Shown here piece after piece: positions 1 to 13,632 of a stretch of 64,000 nt of DNA. The position numbers and the translations under genes are program-made. The notes under the pieces are model-generated. The model ran no database searches. It was not told where the DNA came from and worked only from the letters and a program-made list of their open reading frames with translations. Within the stretch, counting starts at the first letter, position 1, and each line of letters begins with the position of its first letter. The stretch comes from Eledone cirrhosa. Lineage: Eukaryota. Location: contig OZ024754.1 in assembly GCA_964016885.1 (NCBI GenBank), positions 29,202,001-29,266,000 on the forward strand, written 5' to 3'.

Positions 1-360
1 AAAATATGAAGTCCTCAAGCCTTCCTGTTTATGGAATTATTACGATCGAGTTCTTATAAACAATATCTTACAGCCATGAATTATAACATTGAAATAAGAC
101 CACCATATTTATCTCATCAACTTCGGGTAAATTGAAATTCAAAGTCAGTACAAGTGGTCCTTGAATTCAGAGGAATGAAGTAGAATGAGTTAATTTGCAG
201 TGTATTAGATATGACAACGACGTACTCGGTGATTCCATTATATGACATGGGAAACTTTCATTAAAACTAAATGTGTAAATATATGAAAATGAGGTATTGC
301 TAATCTATAAAAATATTTTCCTACGGTATATGTAGTATAGAATTAAATCGGAAGCATAAC

Positions 361-560
<200 letters not shown>

Positions 561-739
561 ATATAAGCTCGCAGCCCAGTTACATTGATATATCCTCAAT
601 TTCATTCCATAGATATTTAAGATTTTGTTCATAAAGATGTTCACTAAAATGAAAAAAAATTAGTTCAGAGCCATGAACCACTGTTTCAGCAAACAGAAAT
701 GTCAAGTATCATTTCGGCACTAAAAATCAAACGACTGAG

Positions 740-792
<53 letters not shown>

Positions 793-883
793 TGTATAAA
801 TCATATGAACTTTGTAATCATACAATGGATATAAAGTAACACAATTGATTCGCTATCACAAAAGAAACAAAATTAATAAAAAT

Positions 884-965
884 AATTGTTTCTACTTTTA
901 GCACAAGGCCAGCAATACCCCAGTACATTACTGGTACTTTATTTTATCGACCCTATAAGGATGTA
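884..965 (-). mobile_element. SINE family S1, 3' fragment
   Basis: Matches the 3' part of the full copies (ttgtttctact..gcacaaggccagcaat..ttttatcgaccc). Confidence 0.8.
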
Positions 966-1403
966 AAATTAATAAAAATAAGAAAAATAAGAAAGAATGG
1001 TAAAAAACAAAATTGAAGATTTTCGGCGATGCAAAGTTTGCTTCACTGTTATTTTAACATTGAAAGAAAACAAGAAAGAAAAAAGAAAGAAGAAAGAAAC
1101 CAGGAAAAACTAAAGAAAAAAAAAAAAACGGAAATCAAATAGAAAATTGTATCTGAAATAAAGAAAACTGTTATGAAATAAGAAATAAAGAATATTTCAT
1201 TCAAGGCAGGAAAATATTTCGATGAAAATGTTAAAAGTTTTTTGATAAATATAATTCATGAAGAACGCATTGCCCTTTCACAGGAAATTAATCGCATGTT
1301 CTCTGGAATGATTCAGTGCAGAATATTTACTATTTCGTTAGTTCAACGAAAAAGAAAATATATTACTTTGTAGTTATCAGAGATTGTATACTGGTTGGCA
1401 AAA

Positions 1404-1867
1404 GATATAACATAATTCAAACAACTAGTTTATTCCTGTGAGGAACGTGGAAGGAGAGTCATCAAACATTCTCCCCAGCGGGTCCTGCCAGAAGCAACCA
1501 TCTCCAAATGATGCAGGTGGAAGCCCAAGTGAGACAAGCCAAATTCATGGGTGTTATTAAATGGCGGTGGATTGGCAGTATCGGTAGAGGGTCGGACGCC
1601 ATGCTTTGACGGTATAGAGTTACGGCCCTTGCCATTCTGAGTTCAAATCCCGCCGAGGTTAACTTTGCCTTTCATCCTTATGGGGTCGATAAAAAATAAA
1701 GTACCAGTAATGCACTGAGTAATTGCTGGCCTTGTGCCAAAAAGTAGAAACTTTTATTAATAGGAGACGGTTGCTTTTGACATGATCCGCTGGAGGGAGA
1801 GTTTGAGGACTCCCTCTCCCTAACGATCCTCTCAGGAATAAACTAGTTGTTTGAATTATGTTAGATC
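1404..1867. mobile_element. MITE/foldback-like element with ~100-bp imperfect inverted arms, interrupted by a SINE
   Basis: 1404-1506 is the reverse complement of ~1763-1867 (cataattcaaacaactagtttattcctg / caggaataaactagttgtttgaattatg). Confidence 0.7.
1563..1751 (+). mobile_element. tRNA-derived SINE family S1, full length
   Basis: Box A-like TGGCAGTATCGGTAG, box B GAGTTCAAATCCC, central gcctttcatcctt..ggggtcgataaaa..gtacc resembling the Meta-SINE domain; more than 12 copies in the window. Confidence 0.85.
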
Positions 1868-2088
1868 AGGAATACATGGGTAAAGAAAAAGAAGAAGAAG
1901 AAATAGAAGAAGAAGAAGAAGAAGAAGAAGAAGGGTTTCCACACATATATAATACATACATCCATATACATATATACATATAAAATACATTCATACATAC
2001 ATACATACAAACATAAATACATACGTATATAATACATACATAATACAAATACATACATAAGTACATATATAATATATACATACCTAAA

Positions 2089-2119
<31 letters not shown>

Positions 2120-2120
<1 letters not shown>

Positions 2121-2224
2121 ATAACTGTTTCTACTTTAGGCACAAGGCCAGCAAATACCCAGTGCATTACTGGTACTTTATTTTATCGACCCCGTAAGGA
2201 TGAAAGGCAAAGTCAACCTCGGCA
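2120..2224 (-). mobile_element. SINE S1, 5'-truncated
   Basis: Identity with other S1 copies. Confidence 0.8.
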
Positions 2225-2723
2225 TATTTAATAACGTCAGGCCGAGAGCTTTATTCGGTTTGTGGAAAGGAATTTATTCTTTTGTTCAAAATTTAAATTT
2301 TGACCGCCAAAAACCAGGGGTTACCTCCCTTTGGGAAAACCATGTGACCGCCAGCAGTGTTTACTGCTAAAATTCACTACCAGCACGGCTGAGAACGGAT
2401 ACCTGTTGAGAAAGTGAATCCTCTGTTCGATCTTCCAAATCCAATAACTTGCGTACCCCGCAAGTGGAATTGTTGATTTCGATTTTCACAGAAACCTAGC
2501 GGAGATATTGCATGATATCGACGCCATGGTCCAGGTTTGTCAAATTATCCTGAGTCAGTTTTCTCGTTGCTTTGGTCCCTGAGGCTGGCTTACCGGTCGC
2601 AATCTTCAATTTGCAAAGCTGTCTAAACGTAATGTAATACCTTATTGAGTGCTTAGCTGCACATTCCGATTGCATTCGTTAGCTTAGCTGCAGCCAGAGC
2701 TTCGATTATGCTGAACTTCCCTT

Positions 2724-2797
<74 letters not shown>

Positions 2798-3215
2798 CAG
2801 ACAGAAATAATGAGTCTGATGTCAGTTCAAGTGTCTAAGAAGTTTCTGTACGTGTATTCTATTTTAGTGGACATGGCTTGCACAGAACTACACGCACCTT
2901 TCAGACAAAACCATCTTCAGCTTCTTTATCAGAGATTCGTCCATCGTTGGGTAGCCGTTGACTCTTATGAGTTCATCAGCCCTTTGAGAGGTTTTGATTT
3001 TCCTACCACAGGATTTCCAAAAATCGTCTTCCTCACCAAGGTTCATATATACTCACATAGATACTTAGAAACACAAATTTATACGATGTACAAATACTAC
3101 ATACATACATACTACATACATACGTGCATACATACATACAAACATAATAACTACATACATATATATATATGTGTGTGTGTGTGTGTGCGTGTGTGTGTGT
3201 GCGTGTGTGTGTGTT

Positions 3216-3310
3216 GGATTCAATCGGGGGTAACCACAGTAATTAAGGTACTCAATACATAGCAAAGTATAAAACAGTTCGAATGAAACAGTTCTAGTCC
3301 TGTAGAAGCC
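3216..3310. mobile_element. HHR family A fragment (inverted junction)
   Basis: Terminal segment on minus joined to the GAAACAG..CTGTAGAAGC half of the ribozyme on plus; same family as 7388, 20141, 28996, 30150. Confidence 0.7.
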
Positions 3311-3800
<490 letters not shown>

Positions 3801-3984
3801 ATATACACATTAGACATGCATACGTACATATGTATACATGAACATTCATATGTGGGTTTCTCTGATATAAAATTCTATGTAAATATTGGAATAATAAAAC
3901 ATAAAATATAGATATAAAATGTTCACTGAGCGATTAATTAGACGTACGCTTATGAATTCTTTGCGTATACACACACACACACAC

Positions 3985-4084
<100 letters not shown>

Positions 4085-4869
4085 CAGCACCATGTGCGAT
4101 AAAGATATATATATATATATACAGGTAGAATATTATCTGCAGCGTTTAGAAGATAACATTCATTTTGTAAGTTTTCTATTCAGTGTTCTTTACAGTATTC
4201 CTTGACTGGTAATACATAAAGTTTGGAGATTTAGGTCAATGCTTTCATTCAGAATCTTCCTTCTCGCCATATTTATCTTCATTCTGGTGAAATCAAGACA
4301 TTTTAACATGTTGCATAGAAACTACAAAAAATGAAAAAAGAGAAACGAGAAAAAAGAAATACGATAAAAGAAGCAAATAATTCGAATGGAAGAAAGCATA
4401 ACCTTTTCGCTAAGATATTTCTAATGAAAAAGACCGTCTATGATCCCCCACCCCACCAAAACATTTAAAATAATCCGAAATGTGTTGATTTAGTAATATA
4501 ACAAACTTTCTCAATATTTAGCTGGTGTTCGAAATATGTCGAAACAAAGTTTCTTACATATAAAAATGAGAAATATCATCACTAGAACAGCCCTTAAAAC
4601 AGATAATTGCTGTCAAAGACAACGACAGGCAAAAATGCCTCAGAGGAGAGAGACCAATGGTCACTGGTCAACAGAGAGACAATCCCCAAATTGGTGATAG
4701 GCAGATGAAATATAGCAAAGATTGAAAGAGGGGAAGGACAAGAAGAAGTGTGTTGGTGCATATAATTGGAAGAAGGAAATAAAGAAAGGCGTTGTACAAG
4801 ACAAGTTTACACACATCTTCACACTCATCAGTTCACAAACCAGCAAAATGGCGTTAAGTGACTGAGAGT

Positions 4870-5060
4870 ACAATACTTCCCCTGCCATCGCAGGGTTAAA
4901 CCCCTAGCTATTGCTGGTACTCATTTTCAGCAGAGTATGCAGGAGCAATGTGAAATGAAATGTTTGTTCTCAAGAACACAACACACACCCCAGTCCAGGA
5001 ATCGAATCCACATAATTATGGTCCTAAGTTCAACACACTACTAAGCTACGTGCTTTCACA
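4870..5060 (-). mobile_element. tRNA-derived SINE family S2, diverged
   Basis: Reverse complement resembles the head and core of 17730-17870. Confidence 0.55.
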
Positions 5061-5776
5061 ATATACACACAGACACAAACACACACACACACGTAGACAC
5101 ATACACACATATATATATATATATCGAGCTCTCTTTGGATTTTAGTCTTCACATTTATTATTATTACTATATACATATACATATATATATATGTATACAG
5201 TGAAGGCAAATATATATATATTTTCTGTACACTTTTCCCTTTGTATTTTTTAACTTTTCACCTAGAAAGTGGCATAAATTCTGCTGCAAGAGCAATATAA
5301 TCTTTTTACATAAGACCATAAATTGAATATTCAATACTTAGCAGTCTACCTTAAAGTAACTCAGTTATTTACTGCAATGGAATATTAAATAAATCTTTGA
5401 AAACTTTAGAAATGTTTTAAAAGTTAATTTGGCTTTAGAATTCCCAAGTGTTCTTTTTTTATGTTTGTAACAAAAGAGATTCTAAAATGATTGATTGTGT
5501 ATATGGAGAAATGATAAAACATGGCATTGATAAATTTCTTTATATGGAAATGACAAATCAACTTGATTTAACAATACAATGTTGTATCACGAACATAAAA
5601 GGCATTAAAACAACAATAACTACAACAACGAGAACAACAAACATAACAACGACATCAAAAACGACAACGATAACAATAACAACTACAACAGCAAAGACGA
5701 ATTATGTACCGGAAAACGGTGATAAACAAGTCGCGGCGTTAAAGTGTGTGAAACAACAGGCTTTGATTCCATACTA

Positions 5777-5826
<50 letters not shown>

Positions 5827-5955
5827 AAAGTTTTATTTAAAATTGTTGGGTTACAACAAGTAAATATTTTATAACTGATATAAAGCACTCAACAAGTTTT
5901 GGAGTAGATATACGATATTAAACAAATGGAAACTATATTTATAAAACCATATTTA

Positions 5956-6017
5956 TTTCATTATACATATTTCAGGGATACCCTATTAAAAATATGGCAT
6001 GTCTTCTTCAGATAAAA
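5956..6017 (-). ncRNA. Type I hammerhead ribozyme (family J)
   Basis: Reverse complement reads ttttat CTGAAGA [stem II] GAAA tatgta TA atgaaa. Confidence 0.7.
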
Positions 6018-7038
6018 TACAATATATAAGCAGTTTTATAAATAAATTTGACGTACCATAAATATTGATCAACTTTTATGTAAGAAGTTGGTTTGGTAGT
6101 GAGATGTTTATAAATATTTAGTGTTAAGCACAGTTAGAAAGAAAGACGGAGAAAAAGAAGAAATGTATGTAAAGAAAAACAGAGAGAGATAGAGAGAGAT
6201 AGGGGAGAGAGAAATAGTGAGGAGGTGAAAAATGAGAGGCAGCTGAGGCAACAGATGAATAATAATAATTCATCATACAAATTGAGAGATTTAGAAGGGA
6301 AGGAGTACTGTAATTATTTAGTTATAGTGTTAAGGAGACGGAGAGAAATAAAAATAATAAATAAAGAGACAACAGAGAGGTAGAGAAAGATAGAGGTGGG
6401 GGGAAAAAGAGGTAGACCAAATAATAATAATTATATATGGGGAGGTGAGAGAAATAGGAGAGAAGTAAGAGAGAAAACAAGAGAGAAGCTCGAGAGGCAA
6501 AGTTAAAATAAACGATACTTAAATTTCATCTTGTATAAAGAGGGAGGAGAAGAAAGAGCTATATCTAGAGAGAAGGATGATAGATTTACAACTTTACATT
6601 ATGTCCTATCAATTTGAATTATCAATTCATATGAATTGGGTATTATAATGTAATATCAATATTCGTGAATGAGACATCGTGAATGAGACATAGATATATA
6701 ATGTGTGAAAAATAATGACCATATGTTTAGTTCCTTAACACTATAACTAAATAATTACAGTACTCCCTCTCTCCTAAATCTCTCAATTTGTATGATGAAT
6801 TATTATTATTCATCTGTTGCCTCAGCTGCCTCTCATTTTTCACCTCCTCACTATTTCTCTCTCCCCTATCTCTCTCTATCTCTCTCTGTTTTTCTTTACA
6901 TACATTTCTTCTTTTTCTCCGTCTTTCTTTCTAACTGTGCTTAACACTAAATATTTATAAACATCTCACTACCAAACCAACTTCTTACATAAAAGTTGAT
7001 CAATATTTATGGTACGTCAAATTTATTTATAAATTGTA

Positions 7039-7100
7039 TTTTATCTGAAGAAGGCATGCCATATTTTTAATATGGTATCCCTGAAATATGTATAATGAAA
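7039..7100 (+). ncRNA. Type I hammerhead ribozyme (family J)
   Basis: ttttat CTGAAGA agg-c-atgccatatt-ttt-aatatggtat-c-cct GAAA tatgta TA atgaaa; stems I, II and III all pair. Confidence 0.8.
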
Positions 7101-7143
7101 TAAATATGGTTTTATAAATATAGTTTCCATTTGTTTAATATCG

Positions 7144-7178
<35 letters not shown>

Positions 7179-7195
7179 TATATATATATAGTATA

Positions 7196-7314
<119 letters not shown>

Positions 7315-7325
7315 ATATACATATG

Positions 7326-7387
<62 letters not shown>

Positions 7388-7388
<1 letters not shown>

Positions 7389-7562
7389 GGTATGTTATTC
7401 CGGGTTGAATCGGAGGTAACCACAGTAAGTAAGGTACTCAATACATAGCAGAGTATAAAAGTTTTAATATAGATGAGATTCTACAGGACTAGAATTGTTT
7501 CATCAATGATGATTTCTAAAGAATGAAACAGTTCTAGTCCTGTAGAATCTCATCTCTCTCTA
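7388..7562. mobile_element. HHR family A inverted pair
   Basis: gagattctacaggactagaattgtttcat / atgaaacagttctagtcctgtagaatctc; core (A)TGATGA at 7506. Confidence 0.75.
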
Positions 7563-7655
7563 TAATATATACCGAAGGAATTGTGGTAAGGAACCAGGTG
7601 GACCATAACGTACCAGAGTACTCGATACTTAGGGTAATAGGAAAAGAGTCAGCAA

Positions 7656-7747
7656 CCCGACGGCTGAGCTCCAGCCATTTCGACAGCTAGATCTGAACTA
7701 ACCCAGTAGCGTTAGGACGGTAGTAATCTAGCTGAATTTATCAAGGA
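7656..7747 (-). ncRNA. Hammerhead ribozyme with U3-A8 variant core (family G)
   Basis: Reverse complement: tcc TTGATAA att cagctagat..atctagctg tc GAAA tggctg gagct cagccg TC ggg; 9-bp stem II, 7-bp stem III, GUC site; related truncated copy at 44768-44933. Confidence 0.65.
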
Positions 7748-8145
7748 GTACAGTCCACATATGGGCATGTAATGAAAACATAGCAGTAGTATCATATCAA
7801 ACAATACTAAAATTTTTGTTTTTCTTTTCTGTCACGGGGAGTGGTCAAAGATTTGTATACATAGTTAAATTCCTTCTTAATGACGGGTGAGGTGGGGTTA
7901 GTTGAACTTGCCTGTAGAACAAAGGGGAGGGAGTAAGATGACATTCTGACCTGTGGATGCCAGGTCGGTCATGCGTTAAGAGAGAATTCTTTACAGCTCT
8001 AAAGGGGGTAAGAACCTATGAGAAACATTGAGCAAAGCAAATATGATTTAATACTAAATTTCTAATTAATAAAGTTTAGTTATTAGTTATTCTAATACAC
8101 TAGAACAGCACCTCAAAGTAGTAATTTATCAATATTATCATCCAT

Positions 8146-8330
8146 TGAATTGGCAGTATCAGTAGAGGGTCGGACGCCATGCTTTGACGCATAGAGTTAC
8201 GGCCCTTGCCATTCTGAGTTCAAATCCCGCCGAGGTTAACTTTGCCTTTCATCCTTACGGCGTCGATAAAATAAAGCACCAGTAATGTACTGGTAATTGC
8301 TGGCCTTGTGTCAATAGTAGAAACAATTAT
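8146..8330 (+). mobile_element. SINE S1, full length
   Basis: Box A, box B and core as at 1563. Confidence 0.85.
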
Positions 8331-9199
8331 CATCCATAATGATACCCCCCCCCCCCCCCCCACTATCTTATCCGGAGAAGACATATTTTTTGATTAGCAG
8401 GTGTAGAAGTATATTTGAGACGTGGAATTAGAAAGCGGCCAGAAAGCCAAAGTAAAAATTATATTGAGTATAATAAAAATGGAAGAGGAACATTCAAACG
8501 AATCAATGAATACATGAATATAACAGTCATACAGTAGGTATGGCTAAATGCATTTTATGGAATCAGTGTTGGAGGGCAGAGTAGTTTGTTTTGGCTGCTC
8601 ATAAATCAAATTTGTATATTTATGGATCTGTAGAGCTTGAATATCACGAGTGTTAATGTACTTCTGCCTCCATCTCCGTCAGCTACTGCCCGTGTCTCTA
8701 TGTTTGTTATGGGTGTTGGATCTATCCCTGTTGTTATTATATCTTGATTAATGTTGGTTATTACAAAAAACTGGTCAAACAGAGATGTATGTTTAAGAGT
8801 GTTGTTGCGTGTGCATGTCTTGGAAGTGTTTTCTAATGGCGTATTTCTCTGATTTTGGTAGATTATTTATGTCATAATATTGGTTTATGTATGGGTTATT
8901 AAACCTGTATTGTGGGTTTATTGTGTGTGCATTTGTTATTGTGCATTATTCCATTTATTACTGTAGGATGATGTAAGGATTTGGGTCTACGTAAATGGTA
9001 TCAGTATATTTATCATTACGTACGCATTAGTCTAAAAAAGTTTTGGCATTACAGCTGGTGCGTAAATTGTTGTAGGTGTCAAGTATGATGTTAGGTAGGA
9101 TTTCAAGTAAGCCGTATGTTATAACCAGTATGTGCGTAATAGTTACAAAATATCTTAAACTCCGGGGTCATGTATGGTTATATATTTGTGGTTGAGATA

Positions 9200-9720
9200 T
9201 GTCTACACGTTGTGACAAGTTTGGATGTTTTGTTTAGTCTTGGCGAGGCTACTCCATTGCAACTTCAAAGGTGTATTTGTCGGCGTAGCTCGAAACTGTT
9301 TTGGCGTTTTTCCTAGCTAGGTAAAGAAAGCTTTGGTGATGCTGGTAGAATCTAGTTCTGAATTCATAAACTGTGAAACCTATATATTTTTTGTTAAAAT
9401 GGTTGGCCGTGGCGTTGCATTTGTGTAGATTTTGATTTTTTTCACAACACTGGATTTGCTTTCACTGTATGCAGTTGTTATGATTGGAGGGCTTGCATTA
9501 CTTACTTATTTTTTTGTCTTAGTCTGGATGTGTTCTACTAGAGTTACATTTTGCTAGATTCGATGAAGTGGTATTCTGTGCGACGTTAGAAGTAGTACAG
9601 TAGGAGAATCTAATAGTATTTTTACTAAATGGAATAAGCTAGCAGTGTTCAGGACGAAAGTGCACTTTAAGGAGTGTAAAGAATATCTTAGATTTGGGTG
9701 TAGCAAACCAGATATTTTAT
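9200..9720 (-). pseudogene. Degenerate Penelope-like element relic (GIY-YIG region)
   Basis: Manual translation gives FSKNTIRFSYC and KKYIGFTVYEFRTRFYQHHQSF (YIG at ~9378-9386), matching PLE endonuclease motifs; many stops and frameshifts. Confidence 0.55.
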
Positions 9721-10440
9721 TTTATTTTATTTTACTTTGTTTTTCATATTTAATTTGATTCCCCTTAAATACAATATTAATATAATTTTAAACATAATTT
9801 TAATACCATATCGTTTTAAATATATTTGAAATCGACGGCTTTTTGAATAGCATTTATAATTTTATTTAAATATCACATAATTTTAAACATCACTTTGCAC
9901 CTTTGTAAACGATGCCTTGTAATTTCCCATTGTGGTAAAAAAATTCCATTTTTTTAACCAAATGGAATTAGGAAAATATTCTATAAATATGGAAATTTCT
10001 TGGAATTGAAGACACTAAATATTGTATGTGAAAAATAACACAAAAATATTAATAAATAAGATTTAACGTATATGTTCGATATTACTTTTTTTTTCTTTCT
10101 TTAATTTGCTGTTTGTAGTCTTTTTTTTACCCTTTCTTTTATTATCTACATCATTTATTACCTATATCTTTTATCGCCTTTATAATCATGTCAGCTTGAT
10201 ATATAATGATGTATATATATAGTAATAACTGCATATTTCTTCCGACATTTCGAGGATTTCCATAGAAAGAAAAAACCTGTATAACTGTTGTGTTCAATTT
10301 TTAGAATAAAATACATAAATAGGGATCTATCTCTCTCCTCATGTACATATGGATACCATCATACGCATATGTACAGAAATACGTACGTACGTATGTATGT
10401 ATCCACGTTTGCATGTATGTATTTATGTATATATATGTAT

Positions 10441-10509
<69 letters not shown>

Positions 10510-10510
<1 letters not shown>

Positions 10511-10797
10511 GTGATAATAATAAATGTGAAGACTAAAATCCGAAGAGGATTCGATAGGGATAATATATATATATATATCAAAATAAATAAAATATATAAA
10601 ACCATAGAGAAAATATTTATTAAAATAACAAATTAAAGTTTATGCAAAGAATCGCTGCTTTCACTCTTAACGGGATCTTCTGAAACTAAAAAAAAAACCA
10701 ATATGCGTCCACAGATTGATTTCTTTTAGTTTCAGAAGATCCCGTTAAGGGTGAAAGCAGCGATTCTTTACTTAAAATGTTATCTTTATTTTAATAT
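10510..10797. mobile_element. HHR family B inverted pair
   Basis: 10637-10687 and 10728-10778 are reverse complements and carry CAGAAGA..GAAA cores. Confidence 0.8.
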
Positions 10798-10805
10798 ATA
10801 TATAT

Positions 10806-10888
10806 AGTGAAAATTGGAACGGGAACAAAAACAGAGAGGCAGTAAAACAGTAAAAACAAGGTTTATTAGTTTCACGCTCTTGAATATT

Positions 10889-10890
<2 letters not shown>
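10806..10890 (-). mobile_element. Solo 3' end related to the Penelope pLTR at 30406/35079
   Basis: tgaaaattggaacgggaac..acagagaggcagta..gtttattagtttcacgctc aligns with the pLTR terminus. Confidence 0.6.
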
Positions 10891-10938
<48 letters not shown>

Positions 10939-10982
10939 AATTAAAAAGAACAGAAAGATGCAGTAAAAGAGATTTATTCGGT

Positions 10983-11097
10983 TCTTACGTACGTTTCAAT
11001 AGACATCAATTTGCCTAGATCTCGCTACATCTATAATATTATATATTTAGTAGAGCATTCGATATCCAATGCACAATCGATCCCATATCATCAGAGA
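10983..11097 (-). ncRNA. Hammerhead ribozyme with ~90-nt domain II (family F), inside inverted pair 10951-11020 / 11099-11160
   Basis: Reverse complement: tct CTGATGA ..long insert.. GAAA cgtacg TA aga; palindromic ACGTACGT stem III. Confidence 0.55.
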
Positions 11098-11260
11098 TGG
11101 CAAATTGATGTCTATTGAAACGTACATAAGAACCGAATAAATCTCTTTTACTGCATCTTTTTCTGCATTTCGTTGAGCACCACTCCGTTGTAAGCTGACA
11201 TTCCACTACACGGTACATAACACTGTGTCCTGGAAAACATTAATGCACTCGTGCATAACC

Positions 11261-11297
<37 letters not shown>

Positions 11298-12067
11298 TAA
11301 AGAATATTCTTTTGTAGCCAGACTACTATGTATTTATTGTATATAGATATATAGAATATGCTTTCATATAAACCCTATTACGCTTAACGCTAACCTAGTG
11401 CAGCTGCAAGTTATTTATATTATGTCTATAATTTTAGATGGAGTTTTATTGAAGGTTACAAAGTTGTTGATCTGTCCAAGTGTTTACAGCAGTGGATGTA
11501 TGAAGAACATAATAGCTAGAATTTGAAGAGTATGGAGCAGGTATAAGTAACCGCTTTCGAGCAATAGGCCGCATAGGATATGGCTCATCATAAGGCGGGC
11601 AGCACTGCTCAAAGTTTCAAGGCAATTTTGAAATTAGGCGTGTCACTCAGGAAGCCAAACGGGTCGCTTGCGGCAGGCGGGCCACTGTTTGCAATGACTG
11701 GTATAGAGCATAGAAGTATCTAAAATGATTTTACAAAACAACATTGAATTTAAAAAAAAAAAGTAAAGGAGAGAATGAAAGACATTTAGTGGTAGTAATA
11801 ATCAAATAAAATTTACGTTTGAGCTGAATTTAGTGAAATTAGGATTTTATAAGCATTAATCATGCAAAACTATGCAAAACTATGCAGAGCTATGCAGAGC
11901 TATGTAGAGATATCTGACGCAAGTAATGAAACTGCATAGTTATACAGATATTCAAATGAAATGAAAACATATAAGCATACTGATACACACACACATACAC
12001 AGGCACAGATAAACATATGCATACACATAGAAATATATATATATATATATATATAAAATTTATTAAA

Positions 12068-12225
12068 TTAGATCCCGTTAAGGGTGAAAGCAGCGATTCT
12101 TTGCTTAAACTTTAATCTGTTATTTTAATAAATATTTGCTCTACGGTTCTTATATATCTGATATATATTTATCCTTATCAAGCCCTCTTTGGATTTTAGT
12201 CTTCAAATTTATTATTATTACTATA
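12068..12225 (+). mobile_element. HHR family B, 5'-truncated copy
   Basis: gatcccgttaagggtgaaagcagcgattctttgcttaaact..ggattttagtcttcaaatttattatt. Confidence 0.8.
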
Positions 12226-12439
12226 TATGTGTATATATATATACACCCACTCATACACACATATACAGAAACACACACATATATCGCTAACCAAACAGAA
12301 GCAGCATAAGTGTTAAAGTAATTTGGAAAAAGGAGTTTAATCCCAACGGAACACGGCGTTTTACGGTGTTGATTTCGTTTACTCTTCACATACTTGTGTG
12401 TGCTTATATGTTGGACTTCCGTCGTTAACGACGATGAGT

Positions 12440-12870
12440 ATTCCGGTTGTTTCATTAACAGAACCACTTCCTCACGAAATTAAAGTGAATGTGGCTTCAA
12501 TTCGGAATATGTGCCAACACTTACCTATGGTAATAAAATCGTGGGTAATGATCAAAAGAATACGATTGCGAATACAAGCGGTCGAAATGGGGTTTCTCCG
12601 AAGTGTATTTGGAATAACGTTACTCGATAACGTGTGTAGCTCGGAGATCAAAGAGTCACTCCAGGTGGAGCCACTATTTCTCCGAATTCAGAGAATAATA
12701 GCTCCGATATTTCGGGTATGTGGTTTAGAATGTCTCAGGATAGAATTGCTGGACAAATTTTACGGGCAAAACCAACCGGTAGGTGACCCTAGGGTGGCCA
12801 CATGAGCAAGATGGTTGGATAAAATCCATGAGCTTGGCTGGCCTCGCTTAGAGATCGAGCTGAATCAAAT
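12440..12870 (+). pseudogene. RTE-clade LINE ORF2 C-terminal fragment
   Basis: SWVMIKRIRLRIQAVEMGFLRSVFGITLLDNVCSSEIKESLQVEPL is typical of the RTE/Expander post-RT region; disrupted. Confidence 0.75.
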
Positions 12871-13092
12871 AGAGACGAATATTAACTAGGTATGCAATGA
12901 CATACAGGGACCCAGCTTGACACTCCGGTTAACACCAGTAAACACAAATACACATGGATACACACATACAAACAAACAAGCAAATATACAGCTGTGTAGA
13001 TGTATGTTTACATGCACATATACATACACACATACGTACGTATCTATCTATCTCCGTCTCTTTCACTCTCTCTCTTCCTCTCTCTCTCTCTC

Positions 13093-13632
<540 letters not shown>

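Larger units (their letters stand above)
5823..7147. mobile_element. HHR family J element, inverted arms 5908-6336 / 6732-7147, flanked by (TA)n
   Basis: About 420-bp arms are reverse complements; further copies at 47472-47735 and 51373-51678. Confidence 0.85.

Noticed and set aside
1563-1660. tRNA gene
   Set aside because: Box A and B are present but there is no cloverleaf; it is a SINE head repeated throughout the window
2950-2985. CTGATGA with actc/gagt hairpin on minus (similar at 50788)
   Set aside because: Followed by CAAC rather than GAAA, and the other copy reads CGGAAGA; more likely a LINE UTR motif than a hammerhead
5448-5840. Thr-rich 130-aa ORF
   Set aside because: Degenerate (ACA)n repeat ending in (TA)n
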